Positions 1-13,592 of a DNA stretch of 64,000 nucleotides are shown piece by piece. The notes below the pieces were generated by a model that saw only the letters and a program-made list of their open reading frames with translations, searched no databases and was not told where the DNA came from. Both the position numbers and the translations under genes were made by a program. Source of the stretch: Macrostomum lignano (taxonomy: Eukaryota); the NCBI GenBank assembly GCA_002269645.1, contig NIVC01001715.1, forward strand, positions 124,001 to 188,000. The letters are read 5' to 3'. Within the stretch, counting starts at the first letter, position 1; the number at the start of each line of letters is the position of its first letter.

Positions 1-727
1 AATTGATCTAAAAATAGATCTTCATTGCGAAAGCATTCTCTAAGCGACAGGGCGCTATCCTCGCGTGCACCTTCTAGCATAGCCCACTGACCGTCGGTGA
101 GTGTTCGACAGTCGCCAACTACAAGATCGGATAGCAACTGGGCGGCTAGCTCAGCGGTGACCGGACGAATACGCGGAGTGGCTCGGGGCTCGCAGCAAGC
201 GTAAGCTAACAGACGCATTAGACGGCTACACAGCAGACGGGCACAGCAGGGCGAATGCAAGGCTGAGGGCTTAGCTAAGCCAGTGTTCCTGCGAACGGCC
301 AGGACAAACGACAGACAGAACAATGCCGCCGAGTCCGTGGCAACAGCCGACGGTGGCGGTTTCAAAAATTCCAACAGCACGTCAAGCTGACGACGCTGGT
401 TTAGACGACGTTGTCGGCGTAGAAGCTTCTGTTCGTCTGTAGCATTCAAATCGACTGGGCCAGTTGAGTCGCTGTTCAATGCAGCTGCCTGATCTTCATC
501 GGCGTCAACAAGATCGTTATCTTCATTGTCGGTGTCATCGTCATAATTGTCGCATTCAACGTCGATTTTGTCTGGACTGCACTCGGGTAGGACAGCTGTC
601 AGCAGCTGGCGCACCAGAGGCGGATGTTGTACAGCTAAGAACACGTGGGTCAGCAGGTACAGCGCTAGATTGGAGCTGATTGGCGGAGATGCGGTTGCCG
701 ATGCAGCAGCTGTTTTTGTTGCCGTGG
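1..727 (-). CDS. CLEC16A: CLEC16A/TT9 exon 3 (partial, continues past window start; absent from ORF track)
   Basis: Acceptor tttag|CC at 727 joins in phase 1. Open frame ...LALYLLTHVFLAVQHPPLV...IRPVTAELAAQLL...MLEGAREDS...EDLFLDQ matches recalled CLEC16A (SLYLLSQVFL, LEGAREES, EDIFLD). Confidence 0.85.
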
Positions 728-830
728 CTAAAATGGAATAGTAGGATCGACAGATAACAAATTTATTATGAAGGAATAAGTCGAAACTGTCGCAGTCCTA
801 CTGCCTACACTCTACATACTACCCGTTGAA

Positions 831-950
831 GGGGTTGTAGCTTAGTAAGGGATTGTAGCCTATTGGTTAGAGCGTCGGACTCCCGACTTGAAGGTCGGGG
901 GTTCGATTCCCAGACCCACTGAAACAATTTGTCCCTGGCTTGAGCAAGAC
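831..950 (+). mobile_element. 3'-truncated copy of SINE family 1 in CLEC16A intron 2
   Basis: ggttagagcgtcggactc...aggtcgggggttcgattc...cttgagcaagacac shared with 24588-24868. Confidence 0.75.
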
Positions 951-964
951 ACAGACACAGGATA

Positions 965-1210
965 TAGGGATGATCTTTACGATTGGGGAGAGGAATTGGC
1001 AGAATTGGGATTTCTATGCTCGGGGATAGGAATTATGAGAATTGGGGATTTCTATGCTCGGCGATAGGAATTGGGAGAATTGGGGATTTCTTTGCTCGGG
1101 GATGGGAATTATGACAATTGGGGTTTTCTATGCTCGGCGATAGGAATTGGGAGAATCGGGGATTTCTATGCTCGGGGATGGGAATTATGAGAATTGGGGA
1201 TATTTATGAT
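965..1210. repeat. Degenerate G-rich tandem array (CLEC16A intron 2)
   Basis: Repeated gaattggggatttctatgctcgg. Confidence 0.8.
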
Positions 1211-1219
1211 TCGGAAGTG

Positions 1220-1730
1220 ACTTTAGTGACTCTACGAGTGACTCAATTCAAGCGACTCTTGCGACTTTTTAACCACTTAACTCAAACGACTGTAATGCGA
1301 CGGAGAGGCGTCTCTTTGAGTTACGAGCGCACCACGTGACTTGTAGCATCGTAACAGTCTAAATGTGTTGGCTTCGATTGGAATTCAGATACGCATGGAT
1401 GCGCTTTGGATGCAACTCAGTGATCCTACAACAACTCTGCGGCCCCAAAGTCGTTTCAGAGTCGCAGACAATAAAACGCATCAAATTGACTTGTAGATTA
1501 CTTTTACCGGGCCGTGACATCTAGTCGCTTTAAAGTCATCTTAGAGTCACACTTTTCCTATTTTACCTGTGTTACCTGCAACGACTTTGAGGCGACACAA
1601 GTGACTATCGATCACTTTTTGGTCTCGGTAGTACTCAGCAACATTTAAAAGTCGCCATCACAGAAGATGCCGTCTGTGGTCGCCACTTTTGAGAGTGCAG
1701 GTTAAGTCTTTCAATTTTACCTACGCCACG
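1220..1730 (+). repeat. Unclassified dispersed repeat, related in inverted orientation to 18460-18730
   Basis: Shared core ttcctattttacctgtgttacctgcaa and acaataaaacg; rich in gagtcgc/gtgactc motifs. Confidence 0.6.
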
Positions 1731-1919
1731 ACAGACTTGAGTTGAGGAATGAAGTGGGGGGAGCGGTGTGCGAGGGTTGGATGGATTAAAGCTACCCGGA
1801 TCAGTTATCTCGTATCTTTTATTTCAGAATAGTCCTAGAGAAATGGCGCCTTTTCAATGTTACTGAGTATAAATTGAATTAGCCACTAAGTACACTAGCA
1901 AATCCGATTTCCAACGCAC

Positions 1920-2538
1920 CTGAAGCATCAGCAGCGGCACCTGCACTACCACCACCAACACCACCACCGCTGCTGGCATTAGCGGCAGCCAATTCCACTC
2001 TACGCTGCTGCTGTCTCCGTCTGAGTTGATGCAGCCTCAACTGATACTGCTCCTGAGCAGAGGCTAGCAAAGATCGAATGTGAATAGGATTAAACAGCGA
2101 CTGCAGCAGCAGGTCAGTGAGCAGATCCGATAGCGGCTCAACGCCCAGTCGGAAGATATCGCTAATATAGTGCAAATAATCGACATGCTCGCATAGCAGA
2201 TCAGCTAATCGGCCTCTGTTACTATGCTCTGCGTCGTTTCTAACGCACGAATCGAGCTCGAAACTACGCTTGCCAATACAGGCGGCTAGTTCAGGGAAAT
2301 AGCCAACTGCTGTTGTGTCGCAGACAAATGTAATCAATGCTTTGTCGTCAACTCGGAATACGTTCAGCGTGATGGTTCGAACCGCTATGCGAACCATGCT
2401 CTCCGAATGGTTGAAGAAGTTCACAGCCTCCGTGTAGAGAGGGAACTCGCGAGCGTGCTCGTTATAGAAGAAATGAATTGTGTGCCGATTCAGCTTGAGG
2501 GAGAGCGTCTTTAGGAACGATATGTAGTATGCCATCAC
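1920..2538 (-). CDS. CLEC16A: CLEC16A exon 2 (FPL domain)
   Basis: cag|GTG acceptor at 2538 and G|gtgcgt donor at 1920. Encodes VMAYYISFLKTLSLKLN...FPLYTEA...ESMVRIAVRTITLNV. Confidence 0.92.
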
Positions 2539-2559
2539 CTGTGGAGTTAAACACGTTGC

Positions 2560-3487
2560 AATGTGGCGCTTAATCTGAGAGTGTCTTGATAGTAGCATGC
2601 GGCGCTTAATCTGACAGTGTTTTGATACTAGCATGTGGCGCTAAATCTGACAGTGTTTTGATACTAGCATGTGGCGCTTAATCTGACAGTGTTTTGATAG
2701 TAGCATGTGGCGCTAAATCTGACAGTGTTTTGATACTAGCATGTGGCGCTAAATCTGACAGTGTTTTGATAGTAGCATGCGGCGCTAAATCTGACAGTGT
2801 TTTGATAGTAGCATGCGGCGCTAAATCTGACAGTGTTTTGATAGTAGCATGTGGCGCTAAATCTGACAGTGTTTTGATACTAGCATGTGGCGCTAAATCT
2901 GACAGTGTTTTGATAGTAGCATGCGGCGCTAAATCTGACGGTGTTTTGATAGTAGCATGTGGTGCTTAATCTGACAGTGTTTTGATAGTAGCATGCGGCG
3001 CTAAATCTGACAGTGTTTTGATAGTAGCATGCGGCGCTAAATCTGACGGTGTTTTGATAGTAGCATGTGGCGCTAAATCTGACAGTGTTTTGATAGTAGC
3101 ATGTGGCGCTAAATCTGACAGTGTTTTGATACTAGCATGTGGCGCTAAATCTGACAGTGTTTTGATAGTAGCATGCGGCGCTAAATCTGACAGTGTTTTG
3201 ATAGTAGCATGTGGCGCTAAATCTGACAGTGTTTTGATAGTAGCATGCGGCGCTAAATCTGACAGTGTTTTGATAGTAGCATGCGGCGCTAAATCTGACA
3301 GTGTTTTGATAGTAGCATGTGGTGCTTAATCTGACAGTGTTTTGATAGTAGCATGCGGCGCTAAATCTGACAGTGTTTTGATAGTAGCATGTGGCGCTAA
3401 ATCTGACAGTGTTTTGATAGTAGCATGTGGCGCTAAATCTGACAGTGTTTTGATAGTAGCATGTGGCGCTAAATCTGACAGTGTTTC
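2560..3487. repeat. 36-bp minisatellite filling CLEC16A intron 1
   Basis: Unit gcatgtggcgctaaatctgacagtgttttgatagta. Confidence 0.97.
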
Positions 3488-3529
3488 GACGTCAAATGCA
3501 ACAAGTTTATTATTTAAAAAATCACAAAC

Positions 3530-3952
3530 CTCTTCATCCGAAAAGTCGAATCGATGCGAGATTATAGAATTGACATGATTATTGGACAATAAATAATAGA
3601 TTGACGCCTCTTTGCTAATATTTTCAAACAGAATATTCAAAGTTTGCAACAGTTGCACGCAGATGTAACCGCCAGATTTCTGTTTCATATAGCTTAGAAA
3701 AAAGGACAATAGGCTCTTTTCTAAGAAGAAATCGAACACCGTATCGTCATTTTGATCGCCCCAGATCAATATTTCTGACATTGAGCGAAGGGCTTCAACT
3801 AACAGACTGGAGTTCTGCTCAGTGACTGTCTGATTCTTGCACAGCACACCGTACAGGTACTTGAGGTACTCAAGTGAGTGGGGATTCTTCGGCTTCCACA
3901 GCTGGCTAGGGCTGCCAAAGAGGCTGTTCCTAGGCGCTTGTCTGCCGAACAT
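3530..3952 (-). CDS. CLEC16A: CLEC16A exon 1
   Basis: MFGR...HSLEYLKYLY...EILIWGDQND...VQLLQTLNILFENI...YYLLSNNHVNSII.H.FDFSDEE, then donor gtttgt. Confidence 0.93.
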
Positions 3953-4094
3953 TGCGATTCAATGGTCCACTTGAAACCTTCGGTGAAACTTTAAGTTACT
4001 TTTCTCAGTTTCTCGGCCAGCAATGCTTCTGTGGCATGCAAGAAAATCAAGTAGAGCCTTGAATAAATTAGCAAATAAAACAAGAGGTCTGGAC

Positions 4095-4765
4095 AGGTGT
4101 CTGATGGAGTGAGGTGGGTGTCTAATGGAGTGAGGTGGGTGTCTGATAGATAGAGTGAGGTGGGTGTCTGATGGAGTGAAGTGGGTGTCTGGTGAAGTGA
4201 GGTGGGTGTCATATGGAGTGAGGTGGGTGTCATATGGAGTGAGGTGGGTGTCTGATAGAGAATATGGAGTGAGGTGGGTGTATGATTGAGTGAAGTGGGT
4301 GTCTGATGGAGTGAGGTGGGTGTCTGATGGAGTGAGGTGGGTGTCTGATGGAATGAGGAGGGTGTCTGATGGAGTGAAGTGGGTGTCTGATAGAGTGAGG
4401 TGGGTGTCTGATGGAGTGAGGTGGGTGTCTGATGGAGTGAGGTGGGTGTCCGATGGAATGAGGAGGGTGTCTGATGGAGTGAAGTGGGTGTCTGATGGAG
4501 TGAGGTGGGTGTCTGATGGAGTGAGGTGGGTGTCTGATGAAGTGAGGTGGGTGTCTGATGGAGTGAGGTGGGTGTCTGATGGAGTGAGGTGGGTGTCTGA
4601 TGAAGTGAGGTGGGTGTCTGATGGAGTGAGGGGGTGTCTGATGGAGTGAGGGGGGTGGCTGATGAAGTGAGGTGGGTGTCTGATGAAGTGAGGTGGGTGT
4701 TTGATGGAGTAAAGTGGGTGCCTGATGCAGTGATGTGGGTGTCTTATGGAGTTGGGTGGGTGTAT
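4095..4765. repeat. 21-bp minisatellite, left arm of an inverted pair
   Basis: Unit ggtgggtgtctgatggagtga. Confidence 0.95.
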
Positions 4766-5144
4766 TCAACGGTCAGTCTTGAGCGGCAAAGGTGAAAATG
4801 ATAAATAGGTAAAATTCAATTTGTATCTGCTTTTAGCAGCTTGCAATGCTTTTCTAATACATGTAGATACAGAAAAGATAAACTGCCTCTTTGTGTCAAT
4901 ATAGAGCAATATAGCAAAATGAAGAGAAAAATATTGTAATTAATCATGTATCTGATTGATGACATCGTTTATTTCACTATTTAATAAAGCAAAAATGACA
5001 CAAATCATTTTTAGTTTCATTTAATTGTTCTAACATTTACGGTTTTTAAAAATAAATCATGAAGCTTACAGATAAAAAAAAATTTGTCTTTTCAAATGCA
5101 GTTTCCAAGGCCATCTTACATCAGCTTTGAAAAAGGACACCCGC

Positions 5145-5910
5145 ATACCTCACTCCATTAGCTGACACCCACCTCACTCCACTAGAAACTCACCTCACTC
5201 CATATGACGCCCACCTGACTCCATGTGACACGTAACTCACTCCATCAGACACCCACCTCACTCCATATAAAACACCCACCTCACTCCATCAGACACCCAC
5301 CTCACTCCATATAAAACATCCACCTCACTCCATCAGACACCCACCTCACTCCATATAATACACCCACCTCACTCCATAAGACACCCACCTCACTTCACCA
5401 GACACCCACCTCACTCCATATTCTCTATCAGACACCCACCTCACTCCATATGACACCCACCTCACTCCATATGACACCCACCTCACTTCACCAGACACCC
5501 ACCTCACTCCATATGACACCCACCTCACTTCACCAGACACCCACCTCACTCCATATGACACCCACCTCACTTCACCAGACACCCACCTCACTCCATATTC
5601 TCTATCAGACACCCACCTCACTCCATATGACACCCACCTCACTTCACCAGACACCCACCTCACTCCATATTCTCTATCAGACACCCACCTCACTCCATAT
5701 GACACCCACCTCACTCCATATGACACCCACCTCACTTCACCAGACACCCACTTCACTCAATCATACACCCACCTCACTCCATATTCTCTATCAGACACCC
5801 ACCTCACTCCATATGACACCCACCTCACTCCATATGACACCCACCTCACTTCACCAGACACCCACTTCACTCAATCATACACCCACCTCACTCCATATTC
5901 TCTATCAGAC
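5145..5910. repeat. Same 21-bp minisatellite in opposite orientation, right arm
   Basis: Unit cacccacctcactccatcaga. Confidence 0.95.
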
Positions 5911-5950
5911 ACCAAAAGAGAAGCCAAAAATTTCCTTAAAAAGCGTCCAA

Positions 5951-6406
5951 TCAACCATTAAGTCCTCTTCGTTTCTCTGAAGCAGCCTTCCTGCTATCAG
6001 ACTCAGCAACCAGCCTAGCAAAAGCCAGCGCTTCATCTGGCAGCTGCTCAACAACGCCTCGATCGAATCGAAATTTGCCATCAAATAATTTCTTAGTATC
6101 GGCGCTAGAGCCAAGTTGAGCAGAAAGGCCGAGCCACAATTCGCTGGAAAACATTGGCGCCATAGGTGACAACAGGTACACTAGGAGGCACATGGACTCT
6201 AACCACAGCGGACTGGCTCGCCTCTGCTCCGGTGAGGCGCTTAGCAACAGGCTCGTCAGCGATTGCATTCGAGCAATGGCGACGCTGAAAGCGTAGGTGG
6301 ATTCGTAGGCGCGCAAAGCGGCTGCGACGGTTTTACGACGGTCGCTGACTAAGCGAGCGACATCGGCGTTGTCGGGATTGTCGACAGTTGGGTCTAGGCG
6401 CTGCTG
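5951..6406 (-). CDS. LARS2: Mitochondrial leucyl-tRNA synthetase exon 6 (anticodon-binding region, stop codon)
   Basis: Tandem cagcagcag acceptor, so the exact start is 6406, 6403 or 6400. Encodes ...AFSVAIARMQSL...LLSPMAPMFSSELW. Six-exon CDS totals 2532 nt, in frame. Confidence 0.8.
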   Translation of the reverse strand, partial: QQRLDPTVDNPDNADVARLVSDRRKTVAAALRAYESTYAFSVAIARMQSLTSLLLSASPEQRRASPLWLESMCLLVYLLSPMAPMFSSELWLGLSAQLGSSADTKKLFDGKFRFDRGVVEQLPDEALAFARLVAESDSRKAASEKRRGLNG

Positions 6407-6446
6407 CTGCAGAATATTTAGAGTGAGGAAAGGGTGTGGCTAACTA

Positions 6447-7777
<1,331 letters not shown>

Positions 7778-7781
7778 TCAC

Positions 7782-8181
7782 CTCAGCCCCAACAGCATGC
7801 AAGTCGGTCACCAGTCGCCATAGCCGTTTCTGCCAATTGACCACGCCGGACAAGATGCCGGCCTCGTCCCAGACCCGATCGCTCTGCGGCGCGGTGCTGG
7901 CCAGTAGGCACAGCCGAGTCGTATCGATGCTCAACCGTCGCAGCACATCGCCGGGCTCCACTCCATTGAGCTTAGATTTGCTCATCTTGTCCTGAGTGAC
8001 TGTCACAGCCCGACCACTGGGCAGGTGAATGCTTTTATCGAAGTCAACCTCGTCAGGTGGAACATAGCGCCCGTCAGCCAGCTGACAGGTTCGGCCGAGT
8101 ACGAGCCCAACAGGTAGAAACTGGTCGAACGGTTCCGGTTGCGGAGTTACGCCGATACGGTGAAGAAAGTGGCTAATAAAT
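7782..8181 (-). CDS. LARS2: LARS2 exon 5 (KMSKS motif)
   Basis: tttcag|A TTT ATT AGC CAC gives RFISHF...EPF...[11 protein letters not shown]; donor GAG|gtgagt. Confidence 0.9.
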
Positions 8182-8214
8182 CTGAAATTATGTTACTTAT
8201 CTAAATTTGAGCGT

Positions 8215-8770
8215 ATTTAAGGGAATCTCCGGGACTCTATTTTTAGAAGCAAGACAGCGAAGGTTACTTCTACACATAGCATAGGATTCCCATGATGCTA
8301 TTTTTAGATATAGGGCAACGAACTTAAGTTCTACATAGGGAATTCCAATCATTCTATTTTACTTTACTTTCAACTACTTATAAATGGGGGAATTCCCTCG
8401 ATGCTATTTTTAGATTTAGGGAAACGAACGTAAGTTCTACACACGGAATTCCAATCTTTTGATTTTTATTTTACATATCAACTACTTATAAATGGGGGAA
8501 TTCCCTAGATGCTATTTTTAGACTTAGGGCAACGAACGTAAGTTCTAGACAGGGAATTCCATTCATTCGATTTTTATTTTACGTATTAACTACATATATA
8601 TATATATATATAAGGGAATTCCCACGATGCTATCTTTAGATACACACCAGAGAATCTCAGTTCTAATTAAGGGATTTTTGTTGACGCTATTTTTAGCAAC
8701 GCGTAGTTTCTTAGATTTTAGAAAGAAGCCATAAAACAGATTTCTAATTAGGGGGAATTCCCCATAGGCT
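8215..8770. repeat. Degenerate AT-rich repeat with GGGAATTCCC palindromes, LARS2 intron 4
   Basis: Recurrent gggaattccc...gatgctatttttaga. Confidence 0.75.
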
Positions 8771-8844
8771 ATTTTAAAAATATAAATGCGTAGGTTTTTA
8801 GAGATATCCGAAACCATTTTTTAGAAAAATGTTTACAACAGTAC

Positions 8845-9095
8845 CTTGCATAATACAGGTGTCGCACAGCGTGCTCCATGCCTCCAATATACAAATCTAC
8901 AGGCATCATCTTTTTGGCTTTGTCAGCATCGCACAATTTCTTATCGTTACGCGCATCCAAGAATCGCAAATAGTACCAAGACGAGTCTACAAAGGTGTCG
9001 AGAGTTTCTCGATCTCGCTCAGCCGGCTGGCCGCATTTCGGACACGGAGCGATCGGCTCCGCGTCTAGCCGGACTGGGAGATCCTCTTGCGGTAC
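8845..9095 (-). CDS. LARS2: LARS2 exon 4
   Basis: [10 protein letters not shown]...CPKCG...[17 protein letters not shown]...[21 protein letters not shown]; canonical ag and gt. Confidence 0.92.
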
Positions 9096-9199
9096 CTGCG
9101 GGAGTGAGGGTGAATGTTACTATACGAGCTAAATACTAGAGAGTACAATAATATACACAAAGTTATATTTGTTTACAAACAAGCGCTGTTCTGGTATCA

Positions 9200-9299
9200 G
9201 AGATAGACAGACAGACAGACTTGCTAAGACAGGCAGACACTACAAGTAAGACAGGCTGTCAATGAGACAAAATATATACAGACAGACATGGAAAGACAT

Positions 9300-9346
<47 letters not shown>

Positions 9347-9349
9347 TAC

Positions 9350-9433
<84 letters not shown>

Positions 9434-9461
9434 GGACAGACAGACAGACAGACAAACGGAC

Positions 9462-9501
<40 letters not shown>

Positions 9502-9526
9502 GGACAGACAGACAGACAGACAAACG

Positions 9527-9561
<35 letters not shown>

Positions 9562-9595
9562 GGACATACAGACAAACAGACAGACAGACAGACAT

Positions 9596-9626
<31 letters not shown>

Positions 9627-9629
9627 GCC

Positions 9630-9682
<53 letters not shown>

Positions 9683-9690
9683 CAGACACT
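9200..9690. repeat. (GACA)n microsatellite, LARS2 intron 3
   Basis: Direct inspection. Confidence 0.97.
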
Positions 9691-9711
9691 AAAAAGCTCC
9701 AAAACGCCTAC

Positions 9712-10268
9712 CGTCACAGGCCCGCACTGGCCGCAGTGCAGCACAGGAATCGGGGTGCCCCATCGGCGCTGCCTGGACACAAGCCAATCACGTCGGAGAG
9801 CGCTGCACCGATGCCCGCCAGCGCCGAGGCGTCGCAATTCGACCAAGGCTGAATCGAAAGCTTCGACAGAGTCGGCCGGCAGACCGGCGAGGCCTCCGCC
9901 TACGTCGGCGCGAAACAAACCAGCCGAGGTCAGAGTCGGCGACGGCCTTGAGATGCCGAGCCGATCGACCATGTTGTCAGCTGGACTGGCGGCGGCACCG
10001 ACGTCGAATTCCGGCGCAACGGCGCGACACTCGGTAGCCTCTTCGAGCGGGAATGTCAGCGATGGTCGGTAGACAACGCTAACAGTTGCCATAGTAACCG
10101 GATTGACCGCGCGAACCGGGAGTAGAATGTCCGACGATGTTGAATTGGCGTCGGAGACCAGCTCGGGGAATCGAGCGATCAGGCAGCTGCTCTGGGACAC
10201 TTCCAGGTGGCTAACGGCGCGAAGGCTTGCAGGTTGACGGGTGAACACTTGAAGGTCTTCGTCTAGAG
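9712..10268 (-). CDS. LARS2: LARS2 exon 3 (CP1 region)
   Basis: LQVFTRQPA...[27 protein letters not shown]; acceptor tag at 10269, donor gtaggc. Confidence 0.88.
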
Positions 10269-10329
10269 CTATCAGACAGTATGGGGGAGTGGAAGGGAGG
10301 TATATCTTGGCTCATACCCACTCGAATAT

Positions 10330-10660
10330 GCACTACCTCACCCTAGCCTGTGCCTACTTTACTCTGACATTCGCTCACTTCAATCTGATATTCAACCGCC
10401 TCACCCCGACATATATGTCTCACTCCGACATTCAATCACATCTTCGACATTCAACCACCTTACTTCGACATTCAATCACCTCATCCCGACATTTAACCAC
10501 CTCAGTCCGACATTTAATCACCTTACTCCGACATCTAATTACCTCACTCTGACATCTAATCACCTCACTCCGAACATCTAATTACATCACTCCGACATCT
10601 AACCTCCTCACTCTGAAATCCAACCACATCACTCCGACATTCACCCACATCACTCCAAGC
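10330..10660. repeat. Degenerate about 21-bp array, LARS2 intron 2
   Basis: cacctcactccgacatc units, resembling the 4095-5910 unit. Confidence 0.7.
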
Positions 10661-10692
10661 TGTACCAGTCAGCTAAGTCGAGTCTAACTCAC

Positions 10693-11024
10693 GCTTTCCA
10701 TCCAATCCAAGCAGCACAAACTGCACCCAAGTGCCGTCCAATTTTCCTAACCAGCCGCGCTGCATTTTGGCCACCTCTCGCCATTGATCGGATCGCACCG
10801 TGTTCAGGCCAGCCAGCAGCGATTCGTAATAAGCGGACACGCGTACGAACCATTGAGTAAGAGGTCGTTGTTCGACTAGAGCACCGGAGCGCCAAGAACG
10901 ACCGTCGGCGTCGACTTGTTCATCGGCCAGCACAGTTTTATCTACCGGGTCCCAGTTGACGTAGGCTTTTCGACGATAGCATAGGCCCGACTTGTGAAGT
11001 TGAATAAATAGCCACTGCGTCCAG
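10693..11024 (-). CDS. LARS2: LARS2 exon 2
   Basis: WTQWLF...[27 protein letters not shown]...LTQWFVR...[12 protein letters not shown]; cag and gtgagt junctions. Confidence 0.92.
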
Positions 11025-11149
11025 CTGAGTGGGCGAAGGCAAGTATGGGAGGGATAGGAACCGATATGAATGGTATTGAGATTTTTGCAGTCTTTTTGAA
11101 TGTACCTTATGACTCTAGCGGTTAAAACACCATGTGAAGCAAAAATTTA

Positions 11150-12190
11150 AGACACCTTCCGACTCTGAAGAGAAAGATACACCTTGGTTCAACACAGGTG
11201 AGACACCTTCCGACTCTGAAGAGAAAGATACACCTTGGTTCAACACAGGTGAGACACCTTCCGACTCTGAAGAGAAAGATACACCTTGGTTCAACACAGG
11301 TGAGACACCTTCCGACTCTGAAGAGAAAGATACACCTTGGTTCAACACAGGTGAGACACCTTCCGACTCTGAAGAGAAAGATACACCTTGGTTCAACACA
11401 GGTGAGACACCTTCCGACTCTGAAGAGAAAGATACACCTTGGTTCAACACAGGTGAGACACCTTCCGACTCTGAAGAGAAAGACACACCTTGGTTCAACA
11501 CAGGTGAGACACCTTCCGACTCTGAAGAGAAAGATACACCTTGGTTCAACACAGGTGAGACACCTTCCAACTCTGAAGAGAAAGACACACCTTGGTGCAA
11601 CACAGGTGAGACACCTTCCAACTCTGAAGAGAAAGACACACCTTGGTGCAACACAGGTGAGACACCTTCCAACTCTGAAGAGAAAGACACACCTTGGTTC
11701 AACACAGGTGAGACACCTTCCAACTCTGAAGAGAAAGACACACCTTGGTGCAACACAGGTGAGACACCTTCCAACTCTGAAGAGAAAGACACACCTTGGT
11801 GCAACACAGGTGAGACACCTTCCAACTCTGAAGAGAAAGACACACCTTGGTGCAACACAGGTGAGACACCTTCCAACTCTGAAGAGAAAGACACACCTTG
11901 GTTAAACACAGGTGAGACACCTTCTCTGAAGAGAAAGACACACCTTGGTTCAACACAGGTGAGACACCTTCCAACTCTGAAGAGTAAGATACCTTGTCGA
12001 CCAAACTGTCGAGACACCTAACTCTGAAGAGTAATACATTTTGTGGACTAAACAGATGAGACACCTTTCGACTCTAAAGAGTAAGACACCTTGTGTGGTT
12101 TAACACGTTGAGACACCTGACTCTGAAGAGTAAGACACATTGTAGTCTGACACAATTGAGACAACTTGTGGTTCAACACAGTTGAGACAT
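11150..12190. repeat. 51-bp minisatellite, LARS2 intron 1
   Basis: Unit ggtgagacaccttccgactctgaagagaaagatacaccttggttcaacaca. Confidence 0.97.
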
Positions 12191-12273
12191 CTGACTTCAA
12201 TTAAGAAAGTGTTATTCAGCTTGGTTAACAATTCATCTTTGTCTAAAGCTTTCAAAGCGTTCAATCTGCCTCA

Positions 12274-12846
<573 letters not shown>

Positions 12847-13592
12847 TTATATATCAAGACCTAAATGGTCTTTACGGACATTAAATATCACATTAATAAC
12901 GACAGAATGTTTATATAATACAGAGCTCAGGAGTCAGCACTCAGAAGTGTTATATTTATTTTTTAGATTTACCCACTAACATAATTAATAACTCGCCTAA
13001 AATTAGAGACAGGAACAGCCTATGGAACAAATTAGTCATTAATTTACTCTCAGAGGCATGATTCCGAACCTAATTTAAAGTCTGGGAATCATGCTACAGG
13101 TTCTCAGTTAGTAAATCCTTATTATCCTACCTGAAATGTAAAAAGAACAATAAAAAGGAAGTGAGCAAATATCTTAGAAAAAAAATAAATCGAAACAATC
13201 TATTTATAAAATACATCACTTCATAAAAAAACACGATTTTACTAGGAATAACACTATTGAAAGTAATATAGTCGTTGTTGAAGCTTGCTTAAGCACAAAT
13301 TTAGAGACGCTAATCTGAATAAAAATTGGAAGACAATTGTCCTTTGCACTAAAGTCATCTAAAAACAATATAAATAAAATTGCAAAAAAAATCGTAGAAA
13401 TATTGGAATAACAGTTTAAAGAAAGTATATGCTACTCATACTAAAATATGCAGTTAAGAGATGGTCGCAAATGGCTAGTCAATATGCAATATCACTGATC
13501 ATATTGTACATAGTTAAATATTTCTGTTGGCGCTATTATAGTTTAGAAGTAAATTCAGCTATAAGATTCCCGTTGGAAAAGTTATGCACCTG

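Noticed and set aside
849-920. Possible tRNA gene
   Set aside because: Acceptor and anticodon stems do not pair well, and it runs into the SINE body shared with 24588-24868.
1879-1919. CLEC16A terminating at the ORF-track stop (1879)
   Set aside because: A donor at 1919 splices in frame to a conserved exon at 727.
3991-4035. Extra LARS2 terminal exon (EALLAEKLRKVT)
   Set aside because: No good donor before the 5951 stop and no similarity to the LeuRS C-terminal domain; more likely CLEC16A 5' region.
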